Shown piece after piece: positions 37,997 through 47,913 of a stretch of 64,000 nucleotides of DNA (position 1 is the stretch's first letter; the number at the start of each line of letters is the position of its first letter). Under the pieces are notes generated by a model. That model did no database searches, was not told where the DNA came from, and worked only from the letters and a program-made list of their open reading frames with translations. The stretch comes from Gemmatimonadota bacterium (GTDB lineage Bacteria > Gemmatimonadota > Gemmatimonadetes > Gemmatimonadales > GWC2-71-9). The position numbers and the translations under genes were made by a program. The stretch lies in contig JAZDCZ010000419.1 in assembly GCA_036679605.1 (NCBI GenBank), positions 160,001 to 224,000 on the forward strand, read 5' to 3'.

Positions 37997-38854
37997 GTGC
38001 CGCCAACTTGCGTTCGCGTACCCGCCTCTGTGTCCAATCTGGGCGCTGGTTTCGATTGTCTAGGCCTTGCCCTGGATATTCGACTCGATGCCCGAGTCGT
38101 GCCCGGCTCCGGACCCGCCGTATACACGGGGACGCTCAGTGAGTTGCAACAAGAGAGCGATCTCATACTGAAGGCGATGGGAACCGCAATGGTGGATAGC
38201 CACCATCTCGAAGCACACTCTGATATCCCGATAAGTCGCGGACTTGGCTCGTCCGCCAGTGCGACGGTAGCCGGACTAGCATTGGCGCGGGCGATGACCG
38301 GACAGTCAATGGATAACGAATCCTTGTTTGGTGTCGCACGGGACATAGAGGGACATCCCGACAACGTTGGACCGGCGGTATACGGAAATCTGTTCCTAGC
38401 AGCCGCACGGCCGACTAAACTTCAGTTACACGATTCATTGGGTGTCGCGCTGGCCATTCCGGAGCAGAGGCTCGACACTGCACATGCACGATCCATCCTA
38501 CCGGAACGTCTCACTCGCGAGGACACTATCGCTCAAGCGGCCGCAGCGGCGGCACTGGTATTGGGACTCACAACGGGAGATGGAGATTTGATCAGCCAAG
38601 GCATGATCGACCGCATCGCAGTCCCCCTCAGAAAACAGCTCATCCCTGGATTGGAGAGTGCAGCGCAGGCAGCGACCAGCGTGGGGGCTTACGGAGTGAC
38701 GATCTCCGGATCCGGATCTACGGTGGTAGCTGTGTGCGCCGCAGCTTCGGCCCAAGATGTCGCAACGGCAATGGCAGAGACTCTGACTAGCAAGGGTAAT
38801 CTCGCCACTCCGATGGCACCGGCCGTGGCACAAGAAGGATTTGAGATGTTCTAG
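37997..38854 (+). CDS. thrB: Homoserine kinase
   Basis: VPASVSNLGAGFDCLG, IPISRGLGSS, EGHPDNV, ISGSGST. Confidence 0.93.
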   Translation: MPPTCVRVPASVSNLGAGFDCLGLALDIRLDARVVPGSGPAVYTGTLSELQQESDLILKAMGTAMVDSHHLEAHSDIPISRGLGSSASATVAGLALARAMTGQSMDNESLFGVARDIEGHPDNVGPAVYGNLFLAAARPTKLQLHDSLGVALAIPEQRLDTAHARSILPERLTREDTIAQAAAAAALVLGLTTGDGDLISQGMIDRIAVPLRKQLIPGLESAAQAATSVGAYGVTISGSGSTVVAVCAAASAQDVATAMAETLTSKGNLATPMAPAVAQEGFEMF

Positions 38855-38869
38855 AAGGGGGAGAGGCGG

Positions 38870-39385
38870 CTATTCTTTTTCCAACCACTGCAGCAACCGT
38901 TCGATCTGCTGTCCATGATGCTTGCAGTGTACGTAGTGAAATCTGACCCACTCCGGCAAATTGAGATCTCCCATGATCGGGTGCCGGAGAAACACTTCCA
39001 GCTTTCTTTCCTCCGGCCACTCTTCGAGAAGTGCACGCGTACGTTCCACCCCCATTCGGAAGCGCGCCGAGATCTCCTGACGATCTGATTCCTCGCTCGG
39101 CATAGTGTAATCCGGTGCCTCAATATTCTCAGGAAGCTTGCCGGGTCCCAGCAGCATATGCCGCACCACTGACTGCGCGGGCGTAGCCCTGCGCTCCATG
39201 CCGGCCTTCTCGGCCCGCATCTCGAATCCCGTCGCCACCAGATCGACCGATATCGCGAGGTGCTCGATAACCTTGGCCACGCTCCATTTTCCGTTAGGTG
39301 CACGGCGCCAGTCAGGGTCACCCAAATCGGCTACGGGATCGAGCACTATAGATTCTAGGCTGGAAAGTTGTCTTTGAACTTTCAC
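38870..39385 (-). CDS. DinB-family protein
   Basis: GKWSVAKVIEHL, HP..G, H..HH..QI. Confidence 0.85.
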   Translation of the reverse strand: MKVQRQLSSLESIVLDPVADLGDPDWRRAPNGKWSVAKVIEHLAISVDLVATGFEMRAEKAGMERRATPAQSVVRHMLLGPGKLPENIEAPDYTMPSEESDRQEISARFRMGVERTRALLEEWPEERKLEVFLRHPIMGDLNLPEWVRFHYVHCKHHGQQIERLLQWLEKE

Positions 39386-39433
39386 TTTTCCACCCCCATC
39401 TCGTGGAACACCTGCGTAATATACATCGCTAGC

Positions 39434-39910
39434 TCAACCTACCTGACTATCATCGATGGCGTCGATGATCGAGCTAAACAACTTGGCCTTGTCTGTGAGT
39501 TCACCTGTCGCCGGATCGGACTTGATATACCATTGACACATCTCACCCATTGCCATGGCATCATCATCGGTCATGCCTACCAGAAACACGTCCCCGTCCT
39601 CCCGCGCGCCGTTGACCGCGTTGGTCAGATTCTGCGGCATCTCTGGAGTTTTCCGTAGAACCTCTACCATCGCACTCGTCATGCGGACCTCCACACGCAA
39701 CCTCCCTATCGAGTCATCGCATTCCCTCTGCCGGCTTGAATTGTACCCACTACACACGGTTACCGGCAGTCGCGGGTACTTTGAGAATCGAGAGTCCCTC
39801 TGTGACATCTTGCAGAGTCGGAAGGCCGAACCCTTGCCGCTAGTTATCAAGCGACTGTGCAAACAGTCTGCACAGAGTCCAACGGAGGGCTTCGTATCCG
39901 AACTTGGCAC
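39434..39910 (-). CDS. Hypothetical protein: Cys-rich N-terminal module in frame with a second small domain
   Basis: GLCADC.H...GS.F.LC......F.KYPRLPV..C.GY followed by MTSAMVEVL...; internal GGAGG RBS-like sites. Confidence 0.6.
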   Translation of the reverse strand: MPSSDTKPSVGLCADCLHSRLITSGKGSAFRLCKMSQRDSRFSKYPRLPVTVCSGYNSSRQRECDDSIGRLRVEVRMTSAMVEVLRKTPEMPQNLTNAVNGAREDGDVFLVGMTDDDAMAMGEMCQWYIKSDPATGELTDKAKLFSSIIDAIDDSQVG

Positions 39911-39961
39911 ATTAGAAACGTGCTGTCGCGTCCGTTAAGTCGCAAGGTTAGATTCTATGAC

Positions 39962-40201
39962 ATGAGCGACATCAACTGTGTACGATGCCAGAAAACAGGA
40001 GCGCAGCTTGCAGCGCCGCCATTGCCCAACGATCTCGGTAACAAGATCTATGACTCTATCTGCCAGCCTTGTTGGGACGAATGGCTCAAGCAGCAGACAG
40101 CGGTCATCAACCACTATGCATTGGATCTGCGCAACCCCGAAGCCCGGCAGATGCTGATGGAACAGACGGAGACCTTTCTGTTTGGCCAGCCAACAGCCTG
40201 A
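39962..40201 (+). CDS. yggX: YggX-like Fe(II)-trafficking / oxidative damage protection protein
   Basis: C..C, PP.P..LG.KIY..IC..CW.EW...QT..INHY.L. Confidence 0.88.
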   Translation: MSDINCVRCQKTGAQLAAPPLPNDLGNKIYDSICQPCWDEWLKQQTAVINHYALDLRNPEARQMLMEQTETFLFGQPTA

Positions 40202-40721
40202 CACCTCCAGCCGCCGCTCCATCAGTCTTGTTGTAAACGACGAGCGAACAGAAATCGCGTTCGCTCCACACAAGACATTGCTCGAACTCCTGCGTGAAGA
40301 TTTGGAGCTAACAGGAACGAAGCACGGCTGCGAGCTGGGTGAGTGTGGAACGTGTACGGTGATTCTAAACGGACAACCCGTCCTCAGCTGTTTGGTTCTT
40401 GCACTCGCATGCGACGGCATGAGAGTGGACACAGTAGAGGGCATGGCGCAGGGCCCCACCCTGCATCCATTACAGGAAGCGTTCGCCGAGATGGGCGCTG
40501 CACAGTGCGGCTACTGCACTCCCGGCATTCTGCTCACCGCACAGACGCTGCTCGACGATAACCCATCGCCCGAACGTGATGAGATCAAAGACGCTCTCGC
40601 GGGCAACCTTTGTCGCTGTACCGGATACATCAAGATTTACGAGGCAGTCGAACTCGCCGCAGCGCGCATACGAGGTGAACCAGCCGAGCCGACTCACGAG
40701 TCCATGTATGGCAAAAGATAA
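40182..40721 (+). CDS. 2x[2Fe-2S] small subunit of a molybdo-flavoenzyme (HcrC/CoxS-like)
   Basis: GTKHGCELGECGTCTV, QCGYCTPG, GNLCRCTGY. Confidence 0.93.
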   Translation: MASQQPDTSSRRSISLVVNDERTEIAFAPHKTLLELLREDLELTGTKHGCELGECGTCTVILNGQPVLSCLVLALACDGMRVDTVEGMAQGPTLHPLQEAFAEMGAAQCGYCTPGILLTAQTLLDDNPSPERDEIKDALAGNLCRCTGYIKIYEAVELAAARIRGEPAEPTHESMYGKR

Positions 40722-43137
40722 CGGAGACTCATTCCGCGTAATTGGCCGCGCACAACGCAAGGTCGACGCGACGGACAAGGTGATGGGTCGGACGATGTTC
40801 GTCGACGATCTTACGTTACCGCGAATGTTATTCGCTCGGTTGCTGCGCAGTCCGCATCCCCATGCGAAGATCTTGCAAATCGATACCTCCAGGGCAGAGA
40901 ACCTGGACGGCGTGAGACGGGTGCTGATCGGCAAGGAGCTGCCGATTCCTTTCGGGATACTGCCAGTCAGTGAGGATGAACATGCGTTAGCACTGAACAA
41001 GGTTCGCTTCATTGGAGATCCCGTTGCAGCAGTAGCCGCTGTCACGGAAGAAATTGCTACTGCGGCATCGGAGTTGATCGATGTCGAATACGAGATTCTC
41101 GATCACATCGCCTCAGCACAGCAGGCGGTCAAGACTTCAGAACCATTGATCCATGAATACGGCGACAACGGTAACCTCCACAAGGTGGTCGACCTGGAGT
41201 TCGGCGACGTGGGCGAAGGATTCGCCGCCGCTGATCTGGTGCGCGAGGACATCTTCTTCTACGAGGGCAGCACCCACCTCTCGTTAGAACAGCACGCTGC
41301 GTTGGCAAATTGGTCTCCCGACGGAAAACTCACGCTGTGGAGTTCGACGCAGACACCGCACTACGTTCACCGCGCTCTCGCCAAGGTACTGGAACTACCG
41401 GCTGCCCGCATCAGAGTGATAGCATGTCCCAACGGCGGTGGCTTCGGCGGGAAGAGCGATCCGTTCAGTCATGAAATCGCCGTCGCCAAGCTCGCAATGC
41501 TGACGGGCAGGCCCGTCAAGGTCACACTCACCCGAGAAGAGGTCTTCTACTGTCATCGTGGCCGTCACCCAACCCTCATGTGGGTCAAGACCGGCGTTAC
41601 AAACGATGGTGCCATCAAAGCGATGCACTTCAAGAGCTTGCTGGACGGCGGTGGCTATGGTTCATACGGTGTGGCAAGCACCTACTACACGGGTGCGTTG
41701 CAGACGGTTACCTACAACGTGGAGCGCTACAAATTTCAGGGAGCGCGGGCTTTCACCAACAAGCCGCCGTGTGGCCCCAAGCGCGGACACGGTACTCCGC
41801 AGCCACGTTTTGCGCTCGAGGTGCAGCTCGACAAGATCGCTGAGGATCTAGGACTCGATCCCGCCGAATTACGACTCAACCATCTTGTACCGCCGGACTC
41901 CCTAACGGCTAATTATCTGCGTGTAGGAACAATGGGGCTGGGCGCGTGCATTCGTAAGGTCACTGCCGCAGCCGGTTGGAAGAAGAAGTACGGCAAGCTT
42001 CCGCATGGCAGCGGAGTGGGGGTGGCGTGCTCCAGCTACATCTGCGGCGCCGGCCTACCGATCTACTGGAATAACATGTCGCAGTCCGGTGTACAGCTTA
42101 AACTCGACCGGAGTGGCGGAGTCACCGTGTTTTGTGGTTCCACAGATATCGGCCAGGGTTCCGATTCTGTCCTCGCATACATTGTCGCCGAAGTGTTGGG
42201 ACTCGATCCCCAAGAACTTCAGATCGTAACAGCCGACACAGACCTCACACCGGTGGACCTCGGTAGTTACTCCAGTCGCGTCACATTGATGAGCGGCAAC
42301 GCGGCACTCCAGGCGGCCGAGCGAGCGCGGGATATCTTGGCCGAACATGCAGCAGCAAAGCTGAATGTGCCCGTGTCCCGTTTGGTATTCGCGGACGGCC
42401 GCGTATTTGACGCACAGAACACCGAAACTGGTATGAGCTTCGCAGAATCGGTACAGTTCGCCGAAACCGCACAGGGCATTGTCGGTACGGTGGGATCATA
42501 CAAACCTCCCAGGAGCACCGGTCGTTATCGTGGGGCGGGGGTAGGGCCATCACCGGCATATTCGTACAGTGCAGCCGTTGCAAGTGTAGAGGTAGATCCT
42601 ACCAGCGGAATCTTCACGGTTCCTAAGATCTGGATCGCCCACGATATCGGACGCTGTATCAATCCGGCCGCGGTGATCGGACAAGTAGAGGGCGGTGTCT
42701 ACATGGGATTGGGCGAAGCCTTGATGGAGGAGATGGCGTATCGCGGCAAACGCAAGGTCGTCCACAAGATCCCCAGCATGTTGGAATACAAGAGTCCTAC
42801 TACGCTCGAGATGTGCGACGTCGAGACCTACTTGATCGAAGATCCCGATCCCAACGGACCGTTCGGTGCCAAGGAAGTGGGCCAGGGCCCCTTGTTACCG
42901 ATTATGCCCGCCGTGGCAAACGCCGTATACGATGCAGTGGGCGTTCGCATAGACGAGGTGCCCATCACTCCCGAGAAAGTATTGCGCGCACTAGGACTCA
43001 AGGCAAAGGGTGAGGAAGCGCGCGTCGGTCCGAGAGCGTTTCCCGAGATCGCATGGCCTAGGCCCACGCGCGTCGTGCCGCCGTGGGAGGGTGGCGACGG
43101 CAAGGCAACAGAGGCGGCCGAGGAGCGGCAGAACTGA
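40708..43137 (+). CDS. Molybdopterin-binding large subunit, xanthine oxidase family (HcrA-like)
   Basis: RSPHPHA, STQTPH, GGGFGGK, RGHGTPQ, DIGQGS, GSYSSRVT, GQVEGG, FGAKEVG; ATG at 40708. Confidence 0.93.
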   Translation: MAKDNGDSFRVIGRAQRKVDATDKVMGRTMFVDDLTLPRMLFARLLRSPHPHAKILQIDTSRAENLDGVRRVLIGKELPIPFGILPVSEDEHALALNKVRFIGDPVAAVAAVTEEIATAASELIDVEYEILDHIASAQQAVKTSEPLIHEYGDNGNLHKVVDLEFGDVGEGFAAADLVREDIFFYEGSTHLSLEQHAALANWSPDGKLTLWSSTQTPHYVHRALAKVLELPAARIRVIACPNGGGFGGKSDPFSHEIAVAKLAMLTGRPVKVTLTREEVFYCHRGRHPTLMWVKTGVTNDGAIKAMHFKSLLDGGGYGSYGVASTYYTGALQTVTYNVERYKFQGARAFTNKPPCGPKRGHGTPQPRFALEVQLDKIAEDLGLDPAELRLNHLVPPDSLTANYLRVGTMGLGACIRKVTAAAGWKKKYGKLPHGSGVGVACSSYICGAGLPIYWNNMSQSGVQLKLDRSGGVTVFCGSTDIGQGSDSVLAYIVAEVLGLDPQELQIVTADTDLTPVDLGSYSSRVTLMSGNAALQAAERARDILAEHAAAKLNVPVSRLVFADGRVFDAQNTETGMSFAESVQFAETAQGIVGTVGSYKPPRSTGRYRGAGVGPSPAYSYSAAVASVEVDPTSGIFTVPKIWIAHDIGRCINPAAVIGQVEGGVYMGLGEALMEEMAYRGKRKVVHKIPSMLEYKSPTTLEMCDVETYLIEDPDPNGPFGAKEVGQGPLLPIMPAVANAVYDAVGVRIDEVPITPEKVLRALGLKAKGEEARVGPRAFPEIAWPRPTRVVPPWEGGDGKATEAAEERQN

Positions 43138-43140
43138 TTC

Positions 43141-44151
43141 ATGTTACGGTTACCTGAATTCACCTACTTCGAGCCCGAGACGATCGAGCAGGCATTACAA
43201 ATGAAATCGGATGCGGGACCGAGCGGCATGTACGTAGCCGGCGGGACCGATCTATATCCGAACATGAAAAGAAGGCATCAGGAGCCCCGAACGGTCATCT
43301 CTTTGGGACGGATAGAGGGGTTGCGTCATGTTCGAGAATGGGGAGTAGGGAGTTCGGGAAACGGAAAGCAAAAAACGAAAAGCGCCGTCGGAGCGATGGT
43401 TACGCTCACCGAGCTTGCCTCCAATGCAGTCATCCGAAATAACTACCCAGTAGTAGCCCGGGCGGCGAAGCTGATAAGTACTCCGTTGCTTCGCAACATG
43501 GGAACATTGGGTGGGAACCTGTGTCTCGATACGCGTTGCAACTATTACAATCAGAGTTACGAGTGGCGCAAGGCGATCGACTTCTGTATGAAGAAAGACG
43601 GTGACATCTGTTGGGTGGCGCCCAAGAGCCCGCGATGTTGGGCCGTGCAATCGTCCGACATAGCTCCAATTGCCGTGGCACTCGGCGCGGAATTGTCGCT
43701 CGTCGGACCGAGTGGTGAGCGCGTGGTTTCAGCAGCCAAGTTTTACAAAGACGACGGCATCGAATATCTCACTAAGCGTTCCGACGAGATCTTGACCGAG
43801 ATGCGCCTTCCAACCCCCAATGGCTGGAACGCCACCTATTGGAAATTGAGACGCAGAGGGTCATTTGACTTTCCGGTTTTGGGTGTGGCAGTTTGGATTG
43901 AGTGGCACGGCGACGTGGTGGCGGACGCCCGCATAGTGCTGGGTGCCGTGGCCAGCCATCCGCACGATTTGGCTGCTGCTGCACAACTCATTATTGGCAC
44001 GCGGCTGGAGGATGGTGCCATTGCTGCCGCAGCGGCCGCCGCATTCAAGCCGTCAAAGCCGATGGACAACACCGACTTCGGGTTGGCGTGGCGCAAGGCA
44101 ATGACGCGAAACTATGTAAACGGGGCGTTGAGGGAGTTAAGAGAAAAATAG
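43141..44151 (+). CDS. FAD subunit with [4Fe-4S] insertion (HcrB-like)
   Basis: AGGTDLYPNMK, RNMGTLGGNL, C-X15-C-X7-C-X8-C insert, KLRRRGSFDFP. Confidence 0.9.
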   Translation: MLRLPEFTYFEPETIEQALQMKSDAGPSGMYVAGGTDLYPNMKRRHQEPRTVISLGRIEGLRHVREWGVGSSGNGKQKTKSAVGAMVTLTELASNAVIRNNYPVVARAAKLISTPLLRNMGTLGGNLCLDTRCNYYNQSYEWRKAIDFCMKKDGDICWVAPKSPRCWAVQSSDIAPIAVALGAELSLVGPSGERVVSAAKFYKDDGIEYLTKRSDEILTEMRLPTPNGWNATYWKLRRRGSFDFPVLGVAVWIEWHGDVVADARIVLGAVASHPHDLAAAAQLIIGTRLEDGAIAAAAAAAFKPSKPMDNTDFGLAWRKAMTRNYVNGALRELREK

Positions 44152-44160
44152 GAAACCGCC

Positions 44161-44547
44161 GTGTCACAGATCCATCAAGAAATGACCTTTGAGGCCACAC
44201 CCGGTCGAGTTTATCGGGCTCTGACAGACTCCCGTGAGTTCGCAACATTTACGGGGGTCGATGCCGAAATTAGCGCTGAAGAAGGCGGTGAGTTTTTGTG
44301 TTTTGGCACATTCGTGCTTGGACGCAACGTGCAGCTCGTCACTGACACACTGATCGTTCAGGCCTGGCGTGTTTTCAACTGGCCAGAGGGAGTTTACTCG
44401 ATCGTTCGCATTGGACTAAGCGCCGAAGGCGGGCAAACGAAACTCGTTCTGGACCAAGATGGGGTTCCTGATGATGCCGTGAAACACGTTGACGGTGGTT
44501 GGGAGCACAAATACTGGGCACCGCTTCGTAAGTACCTCGAGTCCTGA
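44161..44547 (+). CDS. SRPBCC/Aha1-domain protein
   Basis: VYRALTD, GGEF, IVQAWR...W, GW...YW..L. Confidence 0.85.
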   Translation: MSQIHQEMTFEATPGRVYRALTDSREFATFTGVDAEISAEEGGEFLCFGTFVLGRNVQLVTDTLIVQAWRVFNWPEGVYSIVRIGLSAEGGQTKLVLDQDGVPDDAVKHVDGGWEHKYWAPLRKYLES

Positions 44548-45071
44548 TGGCCAAACTTACGATAGAACTGAAAAAGAAAACGGACGGCGCAACCTCATTG
44601 AGCTGCAGGCGCTCCGATGGTTCTGTCACGTGGCAAAATTACAAGGGTCAACAAGGCCGGTTTTTTCCACTGCACGACCTCACTCACTATGCCGTGGAGA
44701 CGGTCCTCGACCACCGCCAGGGGTTTTTTGGTCTGGTGGCCGACGGGTGGAACGTCACTGACTTCGGGGAGCCCTCGCCGAGAGGGCCGCTCCCGCCGGA
44801 AGCAATGACTACCGAACTGATCGTCGGCTTCCTGGACACCGAGCGCGCCTCTCGAGAACGATCGGCGGCGGCTGACTTCAACACATATATGGCCACATCC
44901 CATTCCCGGCACCAAATAGATGCTGTGTGCGAACTCAGCGACGATGACCTTGACAAGATTCGGGATGTTCGAAGCAAGTTGTTTGCTCGGTGGGCGGCCC
45001 TCGCCGACGGAGACACGATGAGTCTCGAGTTCTCGCGCGATGATGCACCAGGTTCGAGTGAGAAAGCTTGA
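44547..45071 (+). CDS. Hypothetical protein
   Basis: R.DGSVTW, HDLTHYAVE possible metal motif, GFFGLVADGW; coupled to the upstream stop. Confidence 0.75.
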   Translation: MAKLTIELKKKTDGATSLSCRRSDGSVTWQNYKGQQGRFFPLHDLTHYAVETVLDHRQGFFGLVADGWNVTDFGEPSPRGPLPPEAMTTELIVGFLDTERASRERSAAADFNTYMATSHSRHQIDAVCELSDDDLDKIRDVRSKLFARWAALADGDTMSLEFSRDDAPGSSEKA

Positions 45072-45092
45072 TATCAAGTTTGAAGTGCAACA

Positions 45093-45281
45093 ATGAGGAT
45101 TACGGTTCATAGCATACACAACGAGTACCGTCGCTACAAGCAACTTTGTTGCGGCCTTTTTCGCCGGGCAGTTTATTGGTGGAAGGCTGCGTACCATAAA
45201 AAAATAACACGGCGTTCACAGGGTCACGCTGAGGTGTTGCAAACATGCGCGTTCTCAAGAACCTTCGAGTTGCAGTCCTAA
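45093..45281 (+). pseudogene. Possible truncated DUF1572/DinB-like remnant
   Basis: MRITVHSIHNEYRRYKQL resembles DUF1572 N-termini; the rest looks non-coding. Confidence 0.4.
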
Positions 45282-46168
45282 TGGCTGGTGCATCTATGCC
45301 AGCCGGTGCTGCCGACGCACAAACGACCTACGATCTTTATTTCCTAGGCGGTCAGTCGAACATGGACGGCTACGGCTATGTGGCTGACCTGCCCAAGAAT
45401 CTCCGCACAGAAAAAATCGGCGTGATGATCTTCCAAGGCAACCCCGCCCCCGACGACGGTCAGCCGGACGGCAGAGGAATCTGGGCCGCACTGAGGCCAG
45501 GACACGGCGTCGGGTTTTCTTCCGACGGATCGGCCAATACTTACTCGGATCGGTTCGGCGTAGAACTCACTTTTGCACAGCACCTGCGCCAATCGAGGCC
45601 TGGCACCAAGATTGCCCTCATCAAGTACTCTCGAGGCGGAACGTCGATCGATACCGCTGCTGCTGGGGAATATGGTTCATGGGAACCCGACTACAGAGAC
45701 TTCCAAGGAATCAACCAATACGATCACTTCCTGGCGACAGTCAGATATGCCATGGCGGTCAAGGACATCAATGGGGACGGGACACCGGATCGACTCGTTC
45801 CCAAGGGGATCGTGTGGATGCAAGGGGAAAGCGACGCGGCCGTTACGGAGGACGTTGCTAGGCGATACCAGCACAACCTCACGCGATTGATTGACCTGAT
45901 CCGGTCCACTCTCCGAGTGGAGGACCTTCCAGTTGTTATCGGTCGGATTTCCGACTCGGGCCGCGACTCAGATGGCAAGATGTGGGACCACGCTGACCTC
46001 GTTCGCGCCGCCCAAGCTAGCTTCGTCGAGCGCGACGGTGCTGCGGCTCTAGTGACCGCAACCGATAACTACGAGTATTCAGATCCTTGGCATTACGACA
46101 GCAAAGGCTACATAGATCTTGGTCGGCGGTTTGCGGATGCGATGATCCGGCTGACCCGAGGGCGTTGA
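45245..46168 (+). CDS. SGNH/SASA-type sialate O-acetylesterase-like carbohydrate esterase
   Basis: Signal peptide, GQSNM, FGVEL.F, WMQGESD, DPWHY. Confidence 0.88.
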   Translation: MRVLKNLRVAVLMAGASMPAGAADAQTTYDLYFLGGQSNMDGYGYVADLPKNLRTEKIGVMIFQGNPAPDDGQPDGRGIWAALRPGHGVGFSSDGSANTYSDRFGVELTFAQHLRQSRPGTKIALIKYSRGGTSIDTAAAGEYGSWEPDYRDFQGINQYDHFLATVRYAMAVKDINGDGTPDRLVPKGIVWMQGESDAAVTEDVARRYQHNLTRLIDLIRSTLRVEDLPVVIGRISDSGRDSDGKMWDHADLVRAAQASFVERDGAAALVTATDNYEYSDPWHYDSKGYIDLGRRFADAMIRLTRGR

Positions 46169-46199
46169 TAGCCGGCTGACAGGAACGTTACTTATTCCA

Positions 46200-47417
46200 A
46201 TGGAAACAATCGGTGTCCGAGAGGCTCGCCGCCTTGCCCTGGCACTTGCAGGTCTGCTGAAACCCGAGTGGACCGGGCTTCCTACGAGTGCGAGGGGCTC
46301 GGAACTCAACAAACGCAAAGCAGCTCACCAGGTCATTCGGCACTTTGGGTATCTGCAGCTCGACACTGTTTCGATCGCTGGAGCGCGGAGCCACGCCATA
46401 GTCCTCCTTTCGCGTCTCAAGGGCATTGATCCGTCACTCGTAGAGGATCTGCTCCAGCCGGCTGAGCCATTGTTCGAGTACTGGGCGCACGAGGCGAGTT
46501 GGCTACCGATCGAACTGTATCCGGTATTCGACTTTCGGCGCAAGGCTTTCAAGCATCACCCTTGGTGGGGCGATGTAATCGGTAAGCATCCCAAGGTTGC
46601 TAAGAATCTTCGTCGACGCATTCGTGAAGAGGGACCACTGCGCTCAGTAGACATGGAGGGGCGTGGCAGCCGCGGGTGGTGGGATCTAAAAGCGGCGAAG
46701 CGGGTCGCGAGTGCACTTTGGTGCTCGGGAGAGCTTGCCATTCGAGAACGGCGCAACTTTCAGCGCACGTACGATCTCGCCGAGCGTGTGATTCCAGAAC
46801 ACTGGCTGCGTGGTCGTGTCTCGAAACTGGAGGCACTCGAACGGCTCCTTCTCTTGTCGCTGCAGGGACACGGGTGGGCCACCTCCAGCACTCTTCTCCA
46901 AACTTGGAGACTTCTCAAGAGAGACAAGATCAACACCGCGTTCAACAACCTCATCGATAGAGGGGAGATATTACCCTGTACGCTCATACTCGACGACCGC
47001 AGCAATAAAGCGGGCTGGATACGACCTCAGGATTTGGAATTCGCTGCCCGGTTGCAGCGCGTGCGGCCTCGCTCCGATACAGGAGTTCTTCTCTCTCCCT
47101 TCGACCCGATCCTCTGGGACCGCCGTCGCGTTCAGCAGCTCTTCGACTTTCATCAAGTTTTGGAGATTTTCAAACCGGCCGCGAAGCGTCTTTACGGTTA
47201 CTATTGTCTGCCGGTGCTCGCTGGAGAGCGACTAATCTCTCGCTTTGACCTCAAGGCCGATCGAAAAAGCAAGAAATTGCACGTGCTCTCGCACCGATTC
47301 GAAGAAAAGAACGGTGTGCGTACAGCAACGTCCGAAGATCGCGAAGCAGCGCGAGCCGCCCTCGATCGCTACAGTTCCTCTGTTGGCTTGAAGCCCGTGG
47401 GTTGGAGAGTGAGGTAG
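46200..47417 (+). CDS. YcaQ/AlkZ-like (HTH_42) crosslink-repair DNA glycosylase
   Basis: LQLDT (QxD), FEYWAHEA, R.NFQR.YDL.ER, LLSPFDP, EIF.P..KR.YGYY.LP. Confidence 0.88.
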   Translation: METIGVREARRLALALAGLLKPEWTGLPTSARGSELNKRKAAHQVIRHFGYLQLDTVSIAGARSHAIVLLSRLKGIDPSLVEDLLQPAEPLFEYWAHEASWLPIELYPVFDFRRKAFKHHPWWGDVIGKHPKVAKNLRRRIREEGPLRSVDMEGRGSRGWWDLKAAKRVASALWCSGELAIRERRNFQRTYDLAERVIPEHWLRGRVSKLEALERLLLLSLQGHGWATSSTLLQTWRLLKRDKINTAFNNLIDRGEILPCTLILDDRSNKAGWIRPQDLEFAARLQRVRPRSDTGVLLSPFDPILWDRRRVQQLFDFHQVLEIFKPAAKRLYGYYCLPVLAGERLISRFDLKADRKSKKLHVLSHRFEEKNGVRTATSEDREAARAALDRYSSSVGLKPVGWRVR

Positions 47418-47424
47418 CGACCAT

Positions 47425-47913
47425 ATGGTTGAACGCTTTAAACGTTGGCTCGAATATGAGAAGGATTCACACGAGAAGGTCCTGCGATCCCTTCAAACCG
47501 TGCCCGACCACAAACAATCGGAAATACCGTTCCAAAAGGCCGTCGATTTGTTTGCTCATCTGGTGGCTGCCCGACGGCTTTGGTTGTTCCGGCTAGACGT
47601 GTTCGATACGGCCCCCGACGATCTCTTCCCCGCAAACGTGCGACTCGAGTCGCTCGAATCGGCAGTTTCCGGCACACACATGGCCTGGAGTGATTATCTC
47701 GACAGCTTGAGCGAAGCCGAATTGGAACGCGACTTTGAGTACACGAGCTATGAGGGTGATCGATGCCGCAATACCATTGTCGATATCCTAACACAACTAT
47801 TCGGTCACTCGTGGTATCACCGTGGCCAAATTGCATCGCTCTTGAGATCGATGGACTGTGAGCCGGCGATCACCGATTTTGTGTTCTGGAGCCGGCAGAC
47901 TGTGACTGGGTGA
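47425..47913 (+). CDS. DinB-family protein
   Basis: AHLVAA..LW..R, HSWYHRGQIA. Confidence 0.88.
   Translation: MVERFKRWLEYEKDSHEKVLRSLQTVPDHKQSEIPFQKAVDLFAHLVAARRLWLFRLDVFDTAPDDLFPANVRLESLESAVSGTHMAWSDYLDSLSEAELERDFEYTSYEGDRCRNTIVDILTQLFGHSWYHRGQIASLLRSMDCEPAITDFVFWSRQTVTG

Noticed and set aside
40576..40707. Long N-terminal extensions in the ORF track (also at 6975, 14181, 19857, 32262, 49214, 59282, 63705)
   Set aside because: They mostly overlap neighbouring genes or lack family similarity; downstream starts fit the family N-termini or RBS better
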